From Cenococcum geophilum (Eukaryota), in the NCBI GenBank assembly GCA_050273025.1, contig CP158635.1:10540001-10604000 (forward strand): a stretch of 64,000 bases of DNA, in the 5' to 3' direction. Made by a program: the position numbers and the translations under genes. The notes beneath the pieces are model-generated. The model was not told where the DNA came from. It worked only from the letters and a program-made list of their open reading frames with translations, and ran no database searches. Positions 38,801-51,453 of this stretch are shown piece by piece. How positions within the stretch are numbered: position 1 is the first letter of the stretch; every line of letters starts with the position of its first letter.

Positions 38801-41800
38801 GCCCTAACCTAGATAATATTAGATATACTTATGCCGTTAATTTTACCTAGTTCTGTAAATAAAAAGACGTAAAGGTAATAAGGATTTATATAGCGGAGCT
38901 AGTAGAACTAGTTAAATAAGAAGAGTATTAATAGCTACTTAAAGAGCTGCCTATAGGCCTAATAGAAGTACTGAACCTGTTAAAAAGGTCTTTTTGCTAG
39001 CTAGTGGAAGGTAACTATATAATGGAGGAAGCCTATAAAGTGCTACCCCCTTATTTCCATAACTTCCTTAAGATAAACCTAAAAACTAAGTCTAAGTTCC
39101 TACGCCAAAAGATAGTTGATACTAATATTGAAAAATTTCTAAAAGGTAAACTAGGATTAACCTGTAAAGATATTTTATAACGCTTATTAAAAGAGTTCCG
39201 TAAATATATTAAACACTTCCTCCCTAAAAATATAGATAAGCTACCCCCTCACTAACTATAGGACCATAAAATTAAGATTATGCCCAAAAAGTAAGCCCCG
39301 TATTATAAAAACAGACTACTTTTACCCGCTAAACTTAGTTATATAAAGAAGTAGATCAACAAGATACTAGATAAGGGTTTTATCCGCGAATTAACGTCAC
39401 TAGCCGCCGTATTACTCCTCCTTACTGCGAAACCTAGTAGCGGTATATAAATCTGCTATAACTACTAAGGCCTAAATATAGTTACTATTAAAAATCAGTA
39501 CCTATTACCACTAATTTATAAAACACTTAACGCACTTTATAGCGCTAAGTACTTTACTAAGCTTAATATAATTGCTACATTTAACTGGATCTGGATTACG
39601 GAAGGCTATAAGTGGCTTATAGCATTTATTACCCGGTTTAGGCTCTATAAAACATTAGTTATACTATTTAGTTTTTATAACGCACCCGCTATATTTTAGA
39701 ACTATATAAACTATGTTTTATATAACGCCCTTAACGACTACTACACTGCGTATCTTAATAATGTCCTTATCTTCTTAAAAACACGCGCTAAGTATATAAA
39801 ATATATAAATGAAATTATCTAGAGACTTAGTAATGCTGGACTCTAAATTAATATTAATAAGTCTAAGTTTTATACCACTAAAATAAAATACCTTAGCTTA
39901 ATTATCTTAACTAACGGCATAACTATAGACCCTAAGAAGGTATAGGCCTTATAGGAATAGAAGGACCCAATATTAGTTAAGGAACTATAGTAATTCCTTA
40001 GCTTTGCAAACTTCTACTAATAATTTATCTAAGGCTTTTTTAAGGTAGTTAAGTGTAACCGACTACCGACACTGTGCTGAGACACAAGATCACCGCTTGG
40101 AAGGATCCAAGACAGCGTCAACGCCACCCTATATATTGATTGCAGATCAATATTACTTGCAGATCACTGTTCCCATTTTAGTTGCCTATCACCTTTTCAT
40201 GTCTTATTTCCTCCACCTTCTTCGTGTATATATAGAGGCTTTAGAGCTACATTTACAATCAAGTTGTTCATTCCATTCCACACACTGCAAAGCTTACATT
40301 AAGCCTATAACTAGGCTACTAAAGAAAAGCACCGGCTGGTTATGGGGCCCTAATTAAGTATAGGCGTTCTAGACCCTAAAAATAGTATTTACTACAGCAC
40401 CGGTTTTAGCATACTACAACTATATAAAGAAGACTGTAGTAGAGACAGACGCCTTAAACTAGGCTTTAGAAGGAGTACTTTACTAAGCTAGCGAAGATAG
40501 CAAACTTAAGCTAGTCGCATTCTTCTCTACTAAATACTCCGCCCCTAAATATAACTATAAGATATATAATAAGGAGCTCCTAGTAATTATAAAAGCACTA
40601 AAAGAATGGCGCCCTAAACTATAAGGAACTAAGTAACCGTTTAAGATTATTACGGACTATAAGAACCTTTAGACCTTTATAATAATAAAACAACTAAACT
40701 AGCGCTAAGTCCGTTAGGCTAAGTTCCTCTCTTAGTTTAACTTTATTATTACTTATAGGCCTAGCACTAAAGCCACGATCCTAGACGCTCTTAGCCGCCT
40801 CCTAAGTGTAGTACCTACTAATACTGGTAATAAACGTCTACAACACTAAGACCGCGTTGTCTTACCACTAAAAAAAGTTAACCCTATTATCCTAGAAGAG
40901 CTGCTAAGCGAATCCTAAAACTAAAGCGTTAAAGACTTTATTGTAGTAATGGACCTAGAGCCTAAGAAAAAAACCCTTAAGGAGCTTATTAAGAATGCCT
41001 ATAAGGAGAATAAACTTGCTAGGGATATATTAGCTATATTACGCGAACAGGAAGGCCGTAAAGCACGCCGTTGGCCCAAGTAGATTAGGAAGTTACTCTG
41101 CTATAACAAATCCGAATATTTAATTATTAACGGCCTAATCTACTATAGGAATTAAGTATTTGTCCCTAATTTACCTGAACTCTAACTAGAAGTTATATAC
41201 TGTATATATAGTTTAGGTCCTGCGGGCCACCTAGGCCGCGTTAAGACACTAGACCTCCTTAATTAAACCTACTAGTGGCTAGGTATTTTATAGTTTATAG
41301 CTACCTTTATAAAAGACTGCGCTCTTTACTTCCGTATAAAAACCCTATGCTTAGCACCACCCGGTTTCCTAAAATTACTAGAACTACCAGTCCGCCCGTA
41401 AACTAATATCTCTATTAACCACGTCGTTGACCTACCTAAGTGCCTTCGCAATGGCAAAACATATAGATATATCTTTGTTATTGTTAACCGCCTAATAAAG
41501 ATAAGATACTTTATTCCTGTCACCAGCCTAGATATAAAGGAGCTTGTTAAAGTATTTATTTATACTATCTATAAGTTATATAGCGCCCTAAGTACCATTA
41601 TCTCTAATAAAGGCTCTTTATTTATTTCCGACTTCTAGCGCCGCCTAAACTAGCGCCTAAAGATAACTTTAAGCCCTAGTTCTGTATAGTACCCTAAAAT
41701 AAATAGCTAGACTAAAATCGTTAACGCAGTAATAAATAAGTATCTACGCGCTTTTGTAAGCTTTACCTAAAATAACTAGGTAGATTGGCTCCCCCTTACT

Positions 41801-43033
41801 AAGTTTACTATAAATAACTAGGTTAACGAAACCATAGAAATCTTACCGTTCTTTACTAACTATAGCTATAACCCACGTTTAGGCATTAAACTAGTAGGCC
41901 CCTAGCTATTAGCCCTGTCTATATATATAAAGAAAGAGTACTTATAAGCTAACGCTATTATTAACCGCTTTAAGCGTATCCTAATTTAGCTTAAGGCCCT
42001 AGCTTATATCTCCTAGCAACGCTATAAAGATAACGCTAATATAAAACGGGATAAAGGTATAATATTTAAAAAGGATAATATAGTTATAGTTAGCCTTAAA
42101 AATATAAAGACTAACCAGCCTAAGAGAAAATGGGATAATAACTAGGATAGACCCTGGCCCATCTTAGCCGCCTATAAAGGGGTAGTTATAGTAGACCTCC
42201 TAGACTATATTCGTGTTAATAAGTCTTTTTATACTTTAAAAGTCCGTCTTTAGTTCCCTAAAGAGATCCCCGGCCAAGTATATATTAATAAAGAGGAACG
42301 CCGTAATATTACAGGTAGGATAGCTAAAAGAGATAATAACGGCAATATTACGGATAAGTGGGAATTTAAAAAAATTCTTAATGTATATAATAAATAAAGA
42401 GACGAGCACGGCTTAACGTATTATATTAAGTGGAAGTATTATAATAAGAAAACCTAGGAACTTAAGAAGTCTCTAAAAGGGTACAAGCGCGTACTACTAA
42501 AGTTTTATAAACAACACCCTAAGAAGCCTAGACCCCTAGACTGGGTATAAGATAAGAGAGACTCGCTACGCTAAGGCCGTAGATAACGACTACAATAATT
42601 TAGAGAAGTTAAAATCTTATAGAACTTTAACCGGCGGTTAAAGTTGTCTAATTAGTTAGGTTCTTGCTAAGAACGCTACGCCTAACCAATTTGGGTAGTA
42701 GTGTAGAGTTCTGCCGACGCCATTTGTTAAACTAGCCATATAACCGCAGTTTACCATTATATGACGGCAATCTAACGGCAATATGATAATAATTTACTAG
42801 TACCGTAATATTCTGTTTTAAAGCTACTTATTTAGTTTAGGGACTAAACCTTTTAGGGGAAGGGAGTACTGTTATAGCACTGACCTGTCTTATACTGTTT
42901 TCTACTATTAGCTAGCCTACTACTAGCGCCTTAGCGGCTGGCCCTACTATTTATATACGATACCCCTTTCGCCTCTTCTCCTCTTTATACCACAATGTAG
43001 TTATTTAGTCTACTTTATTGCAGCACCGTGACA
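35832..43033 (+). mobile_element. Ty3/Gypsy chromovirus H (related to B), full length
   Basis: 164-bp LTRs 35832-35995 and 42870-43033. TSD TATAA/CACAA (RIP variants). PPT. gag-PR-RT-RH-IN-chromodomain (~42355-42550). Confidence 0.92.
40054..40298. mobile_element. Solo LTR (245 bp) inside the pol of H, essentially without RIP damage
   Basis: TGTAA...TTACA termini, TSD TTAAG on both sides, many intact CA/TG dinucleotides. Confidence 0.9.
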
Positions 43034-43508
43034 CACAACCACGACGCGGTAGAGGTCGCCCGAAGGGATTACAAAATCACTAATATCTTATTAATTTTAA
43101 AGAGTAATTTGTTACCACTATTAAGAATAGAGTTAAGTTATTAATAGCCTTTATAACAGCTAAGGAGAAGGCTAACTTTAAGCTTATAAAACAGCTCTAA
43201 AAAAAAGGTCGTATTATAACTCCTAGAGCTCCTTTCTAAGCATCTAATAAGTAGGAGATTAATAGTCTTATTATAAGAGGAGTCTTTAAATTTAAGAAGT
43301 ATAACCTTACTAAGTTTAATAAAGTTCGCATCTTTAAGTTAAGGATAGTTAATAAGATTAAGGGTAAAGCTACTAACGCCCTATTTAAGAAATTAAGGCT
43401 TATTATCTAAGGTTATAACGACGATAGTAAGGAGATAATTCTTATATAATCTCTTATAATTTAATAAGCTAGTTAGCGAGTTATTATTATATTAGCTCCC
43501 TCCTTAAT

Positions 43509-46500
43509 TATTACAGACACTTTAAATACAATGTTATAACTACTTGGAGAAGAGACAGAAGAAGCTAGTTAGTTAATATAGGTACGGTCCAGAATGGAGC
43601 CAATAGAACCATGTGATGAGGAATAGTAGCTAAGGTCACATGATATAATCTATATAATCTGTATAATCTACGTAATCCGTTATAGAGTAGATAGAGTATA
43701 CGTATATTACGTATAAGAAGGATTTTATAGGAGTATGGTTGTGTATTTAAGGACCCTTAGTCCCTACCTAGATAGTTCCTTCCTTATAGTGATTCTTAGA
43801 ATATAATTAGAGTTAATCTATTAGGCAACCACTCCACTAGTTATTATTACGTTGTTAACTCCTATACTTGCATTTTCTATACACCTAGCCTATTAATGAG
43901 CCTATTGTAGTTTCTGCTATAAGGTTCCGTTACACAATCACTACCTAGTTACGGTATTAAATATAGAAAGTCAAACAATATACTACTAAAAGCAGCCACC
44001 ACGACGCTATTGACGGTGGCAACTACTTTAGGGTTAGGTAACGACACTAGTATAGTAAATACTGACTTACAGCAACCTGTAACGGTTGGATAGCTATAAG
44101 AAATAGTTAACTAGTTAATAACTAACAATACAGCGCTAGAAAAAAGGGTTAATGGGATAGAAGTAGTAAAGATTAAGTTACTATCAATCAAAAGGTACTT
44201 AGGAGAAAGATTAAAGCTTAAAGGATTCCTTATATAAATGTACTTTAAAGTTACGTAAGAAGGAGCTAAACTGCTAATACCTATGGATCGAATAGTATAT
44301 GCGGGACTATTCCTATTAGAAAAGGCACTTAAGTAGTTTAAGCCTTACCTTACGGAAATATAGGTAAACGGAATAACAACCACTAATTAAGAGGTGCGAT
44401 TTATATTCTTAAGCTAGAAAGGGTTCGCGGAGCGACTTATATAAATATTTAGAGACCTAAAGGTAGTAACCACGGCGGAAAAAAAACTCTAAGACATTAC
44501 GCAACGGACCTTAGCAATTAAGTATATAATATAGTTCTAGACGTTAGCAACATAAGTAAAGTGGAATAATAGGGCGCTTATAGCATAGTATAAATAGGGA
44601 CTTAAGGCTAAAGTCTAGGACGTGATTATCCTAATAGAAGATATAGACACCCTACAGGAACTAATAGATTAAGCGATTAAGATTAATAATTAAATCTACT
44701 AAAGGGAATAGGCTAAGAGAGGCTAGGATAGAGTTCTATAGTTATATAAGGCGTAAAGTACGTAACGACCAAAGCTAAGTTAAAAACTATAGTATAGCGC
44801 AGAGCTAATAGACCTAAGCGGTACTAAAGAATCTAGAAGATGGAATAAAAGATTATAGAAACCTAGAGGATAAGGATTAAGTAATTAAAGGTTTAAGGAG
44901 TAGAGGCTAAACCAGGGATCTTAGTAGTAGAAGACGTTTAGGCGGACTCTATAGTAAGAAAAATGGTTTAAAGAAGGAGCTTATATAAATTGCGGAAAAT
45001 AAGGTTATTATATTAGAGACTGTAAAAGTAGGTAGAGTTATTATGTAGTAAAAGGGATAAGACTAGTAGACGATATATATATATAGAGGGACGACAATAT
45101 GCTACAAGGAATAAAAGAATGTTCAATTAAAAGTTTTACGTTTTGTTATAATAACGTATACCGAATTCATAAGGACGCTAAGTATGGCGTAAGCTATTAG
45201 CTATAAGAGCTAAGTTTATTAAAATATTAAGGAACTAACGAACCAGTTCGCAGATCGGACATTAAAGACGATGAATTTAACGAAGGCGAAATATTTAGTA
45301 ATAATAAGGTAATAAGAGCGGTTTACTAGGAACACGCAGCTATTAGAAATATTACACTAGAGGTAGAGGATAATTCCACTATAAAATAGGGAATATTAGT
45401 AGGGATTAAGACCCCACTAGATATAATGTCTATCGCTTTATAAGACGCAAGAGAAGTAGGATAGTAAGCTACTTTAGCACTTGATAAAGGTAAAAGGCCA
45501 CAAGCTTAAGACTCTTAAGACGAGATGCGAGACGACTAAGATTCTTAAGACGAGATAAGGTAAGCTTAAGGACCTATAACAGACGATAACCGATAAAGCA
45601 GAGTAATAGCTTAGTTTAGTGATATATGAATAAGCTTAGGACGAAGTTTCCTAAAAGTATAAGACTCTTAAGACGAGATAAGAACACTAAGTAAGCCTAG
45701 TTAGACTAAGGCTAAAGCTAAGCTTAAACTAGAAGTAAGCTTAGGATTAAAGAATCTAAGGGACTAAGAATTCGGAGTATAAATAAGGACACCTATAAAT
45801 AAGAGGTAAGAGGCTTCTTTATAGATTAGAGAATCTGTAGTATAAATAGTAGTTAGGCTGGGAGACAGATATATAGACCCAGAAGACTTATTAGGGGAAC
45901 GTAGTGTTTGGCCTAAAGATCAAAAAGTTAATACTAAGATTAAGAAGTAAGAGAACTTTAAGGATCTATCTACAAGACGCAAACTAAAAGAAACTATAGA
46001 AGAATTTAGGTAAAGAATTATTGCATGGCAAGAATAGAAACTAGATAAGAGATCTAGTATATTAGGATATACTAGGGACAGAGCACTAGTACGAAGAATT
46101 ACTAATAGGCCTAGGGCAGGCATACTAAGAGCTAAATAGCTTACTAAACTGGAAGATAAAGAGGATCTAGGGATCCCTACTAGGTTTAAAGAACGACATA
46201 TAAAAGGCTATTACGACGTAGTAATAAAAAGATACTTCCTTATAAACAAGCCGTATACACTCCAACAGCTATACTAAAAGTGGTATAGGTAGCAACACAA
46301 CGACGAGTAGGAAGATTTCTATATGTGGTTGGATAAGTAAGTTATCTAGGACTACCTAATTACAGAAAAGGCTATAACTTATATTAAAGGAGCCTTAATT
46401 ATAATATTAAAGGATCTAGAGGAATAATTAGAGGACTAGAGAAGTGAGAGGCGCATCTTAGTACCCGTAAATAAAGTCGTAACGTTCAGATCAGCATAAT

Positions 46501-49500
46501 AAAGGTTTAAACTTAAAGATAAAGACGAGTTAAGAGTTAACCTAAAGCACCTAGCACACTATATACTATTATAGATTGTATATATAGACGATATATACAA
46601 GATGTATAAGAATCCAAAGGAAAAGAATTGGAAATACCCTATAAGGATATACTAGATAATAAATAAGCGATAGTATAGAAATGCTAAATATATATATAAA
46701 TAGCATCTAGCAGAAGTTTAAGAGAAAGGGAATTTAATACTTTAGCTAGAAAGATTCCTTATAGAAGAATGCTTAGATGGACAATAGTAGTAGGAATGCC
46801 TAAAAAATATATATCTATGGTATATTAAAGACAAAAAGCGAACTAGGTATTGGCTAAAGAGTAAGCTAAGTATATAAGAATTAAGTAGCTAATAGTTAAG
46901 AAAAGTAAAGGCCCATAAGACTAGAGGGAGCCAGTAGTAGAGCCTTAGACCCTTAAAGGAATTTAAGGACAACACCTAAATTTATAAGTTAAATGGTAAG
47001 ATTAGCAGTTTAAAGCGCTAATAGATAGTGGAGCAACGCGGAACTATATCTTACTAGTAGTAGTTAAGAGAATAGGTTTACCTTATAGATAGAAGGAGCA
47101 ACTTTACCTATTAGTTACAATTTTAGGAGATCTAATAGCCTATAGAGGAGGGATTATTAACCTTAAAATAGGACCTATTTAGATAACTATTAAAGGAAGA
47201 TAAATTAAGATATCTTTTAATATCCTACTATTAGGACGGGATAAGGCAGTATTAGAAATGCCTTAGTTATAGAAATACAATCCAAAGATCGATTGGATTA
47301 TAGGTTAGGTTAATATTAGGGATATTTAACGCTATAAGATACAACAATAAACTAAATTAGTATAGTACTAAGTCGGAGTAATATATAAAGAAACTAAGCG
47401 AGGCTTAAGTTATATACTAAAGAGATACTATAAGTATAGCAAAAAACTATAGTCACTAGAAAGTAAAAAGCTATTAAATTATATAGTATAGGATTATAAG
47501 ATAGAGTTAGAACTAGAAATAAGTCTAAGGTTTTTTCTAACCTATAAGCTTACTAAAGAAGAAGGTAGAGCATTAAAAGAGTTTATTTAGGAGAACTTAT
47601 AAAAGGAATATATTAGACTATCGCAGTTATTAGTAGGTTATCCAGTACTGTTTATACAAAAGAAGAATGGTAAACTAAGGCTGTATATTAACTATAGGCA
47701 GTTAAATAGCATTACTTGGAAGGATAGTTATCCTTTACCCTTAATTAGCGAAATTTAAGATAGGATAAGCAACGCGTAAATCTTTACGAAGATAGATTTA
47801 AGATGGGCGTATTATTAAATTAGGATTAAGGAAGGCGACGAATAGAAAGTAGCTTTTAGATTAAAGGAAGGACTATATAAACTATTAGTTATGTAATTCG
47901 GGCTTATAAACGCACTAGTAATGTTCTAGAAGCGTATTAACAATGTATTAGGAGAATACTTAGATGAATTTGTTATAGCATACCTTAACGATATTATTAT
48001 TTATTTAATAAACGAAGAAGAATATAGAGAATACGTTAAATGGGTCTTAAAGAGACTATAAGAAGAATAGATACTAGTAGTAATTAAGAAATGCGAGTTC
48101 TTTACAAGGAAGACCGATTTTGTTAGATTTATTATCGAACTAGGCTAACTTAGCATAGATCTAAAGAAGATTAAGGCTATAGTAAATTAGCAAGAACTAG
48201 AGAACGTTACGTAATTAAGATCGTTTTTAGGGTTTTATAATTACTATAGAAGGTTTATAGCGTAATAGTTAAAGGATATTAAACCATTTACGCGGTTAAT
48301 AAAGAAAGAAGAACTATAGGTATGGGGAAAGGAACAGTAAGAGCTATTTAAGTAAGTTAAAGAATTATTTACCTAAGAGCTAGTTCTTAAGATCTATTAA
48401 CTAGAATTAAAAACGGTTGTAGAAACGGATGTATTAGACTTTATACTAGGGGCATACTTTATATAGAGATATTAAGATAGATAGCACCTAGTGGTATACT
48501 ATAGTTGGAAGATAACACCACTAGAGTTAAACTATAATATCTACAATAAGGAGTTATTAGGTATAGTTATAGTACTAAAAAAATAGAGAGCATTCTTATA
48601 AGGTATAGAGAAACTATTTATAGTTAAGACGGATTATAAAAACCTAATGGGATTTTTAATAATAAAGGAACTCAACCAAAGATAGGTTAGATGGGTAGAG
48701 ATGCTTATAGAATACCATTTTAAGATTTAGTATACTAAGGGCACGGATAACATATAAGTAGACGCTCTAAGCCGAAAAGCTAAACTACAAAATAACGAAA
48801 AGCCATTAGGGGCTTTACTGCGAAAAGACACAGATGGATTAATTAGGTACAATTATCCAAAAATTATAGTAACTTAAGAAGATAACGAACTAGGAAAAGT
48901 CTATAGGACACTAGAGAGCTTTTAGGAATAAAGAATTCTAGAGGTATAGCTAGAAGATCTATAGACGGATATATACGAAAATTAAGAAGCTAAGTATATC
49001 CTAAGAAGTATAGTAGAGTATTTTATAAAAGATTTCTATAAGGGAATAACTTAAGGATATAATAGAGCTACGGGCTTAGTGTTAAGACTCTAGGAAGAGT
49101 ATATTATTAACAGAATCTAGAATATCGTAAGAAAAGTTATAAAGGAGTGTTTAAATTGCTAAAGGAATAAATTAATAAGGTATAAGCTATACAGAGGGCT
49201 ATAACCTATTAAAATACTAGAGAAACTATAGGAGGTTATATTATAGGACTTTATCGTTAAGTTACTAAAGTTAAAAGATTCTATTACCGGATAAGATTAT
49301 AATATAATCTTAGTAGTAGTAGACAAGCTTATAAAGTAGGGATACTTTATAGTATATATAGAAGAAATATTAGCGGAAGATGTTGCTAAAATCTATATTA
49401 AAGAAGTGTTTGTAAGATATAGGGTACTAAGTAAAATTATATCGGATAGAGATCTAAGATTTATAGTAGTATTTTAGAAAGTATTTTTAGTAGAGTAAGG

Positions 49501-51453
49501 AGTTAGAGCAGTAACTTCTACCGTATATTATCCGCAAATAGACGGTTAAATAGAAAGATTAAATTAGACGCTAGAGTAGTATCTAAGGTATTATATTAAT
49601 TACGTATAGAACAATTAGGTATCGTTATTACTAGTTATATAGTTTATATATAATGCGACACCTTAAGAAGAAATAGGCATATTACTATTTAAGGCAAATT
49701 ATAGATATAAGCCGAGAACATTGTTGTTACTACGGTAAGCGAAGAAAATAAGTAGTATAGCTAAAGAAAGAATAAAGATGTTAATAAATCTTTATATAGA
49801 CCTTATAGAATTAATAAAGAGAGTATAAGAGAGAATAAAAAAGTATTATAATGCTAAGAGATCTAAGGGACCAGATCTTAAGGAGGGAGATAAAGTATAG
49901 CTACTACACAAAAATTTTAAGAGTTAATAACTAAGTAAGAAGTTAGACTATGTTAGACTAAGACCTTTTAAAATTATATAGAGGATTTTACCAGTTACGT
50001 TTAAGTTAAACCTACTAGCTAAGATAAAGATCTACCCTATATAGCACATCGCAATGCTAGAGCTAGTATACGGGAATGTTAAGCTACTAGTTTATAAAGT
50101 AGACACGTATAGAGGATAGAAGGAAGATAAATAGTAAGTTTTAAAGATTGTTAGTTATAAGGATATTAATAATAAAATATAGTATAAGGTTAAGTAAATA
50201 GGCTATAATAAGACTACCTAGGAGCCACTAGAAAATTTAAAAAATGCTATAAGAAAGGTATAGGAGTATTAGAAGAGATTAGGTTAGGCAGTATTAATAA
50301 AGAAGGATTACTAAAGAATAAGTTACCTAAGGGGGACCTAAGAAGAGCAGTTGCCGAACTACTTAGATCTATTTCCTTCTCTATTAGAAGAGAACCCGTT
50401 CTTTTATTGCTAAGTTTCTATAAACCTTATTCTATAAGCTTCTACTCCTTAAAACGGACCTTTTTATAAACCTTCTTAAGATAGATTAGCTAAGCGGACG
50501 CAGTAAGATAAGAATTAAGGGCCCTTTACTAAGCTTTAGTAGCCTCTTATTTAGCATTATAAGAATAATATAATTCCATTAGAGTAACAGACAGTTTATT
50601 ATCTAGCCGCGTAGCAGTAAATTAAATACAAGACCCTAAGACAAATTAATTAGGGAACTAGATAACTATTAAGAGTAATAGGTCGCGTATATTTAGTATT
50701 AGAGATAGAGCGAATGTTATAAGACGAACGAATATTTACTTTAGTGCACTCTAAGTAAGAGGACGGTTATTACGAAGATAGATTCGCCAACGCAATATAA
50801 ACTAACCCCTTTCTCAAATAGCAAGAACACGGAGATAGCATAATCTCACTAAGAGATAATATTATAGCAACGGTACGAGACCGACGGGCTGTAGAAGAAG
50901 AAGAAATTGCTTTAGGTATAATAAGTAACAATATTAACTAAATTAATTAGATGGATATTATACCTCTAGTAAACAACTTAGAGATGTTTTAAATCTTTAA
51001 GGACGAAGATAAAGAGGAGGGAGATAGTGTTACGGACGCTTTAAGTATAATATTACGACTACTTAGAGAAGAGACGGAAGAAGCTAGTTAGTTAATATAG
51101 GCACGGTCTAAAATAGAGCTAATAGAACTATATAACGAGGAATAGTAGCTAAGGTTATATAATATAATCTATATAATCTATATAATCTGCGTAATCTATT
51201 ATAGAGTAGATAGAGTATATATATATTATATATAAGAAGGATTTTATAGGAGTACGGTTGTGTATTTAAGGACCCTTAATCCCTACCTAGATAGTTCCTT
51301 CCTTATAGTAATTCTTAGAATATAATTAAAGTTAATCTATTAGGCAACCACTCCACCAGTTATTATTACGTTGTTAACTCCTATACTTGCATTTCCTACA
51401 CACCTAGCCTATTAACGAGCCTATTGTAGTTCCTGCTATAAGGTTCTGTTACA
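43509..51453 (+). mobile_element. Ty3/Gypsy chromovirus D2 (second D-family copy) inserted in the RT of G
   Basis: 426-bp LTRs 43509-43934 and 51028-51453. TSD TTAAT. Colinear with 12605-20555. Confidence 0.95.
50247..50919 (-). pseudogene. Antisense Zn2Cys6-like/coiled-coil accessory gene of D2, putative intron 50636-50690
   Basis: Homologous to 19371-20022, with the same 55-nt intervening segment and an in-frame 21-nt longer helical region. Retains ECTK, where D has EYTK. Confidence 0.65.
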
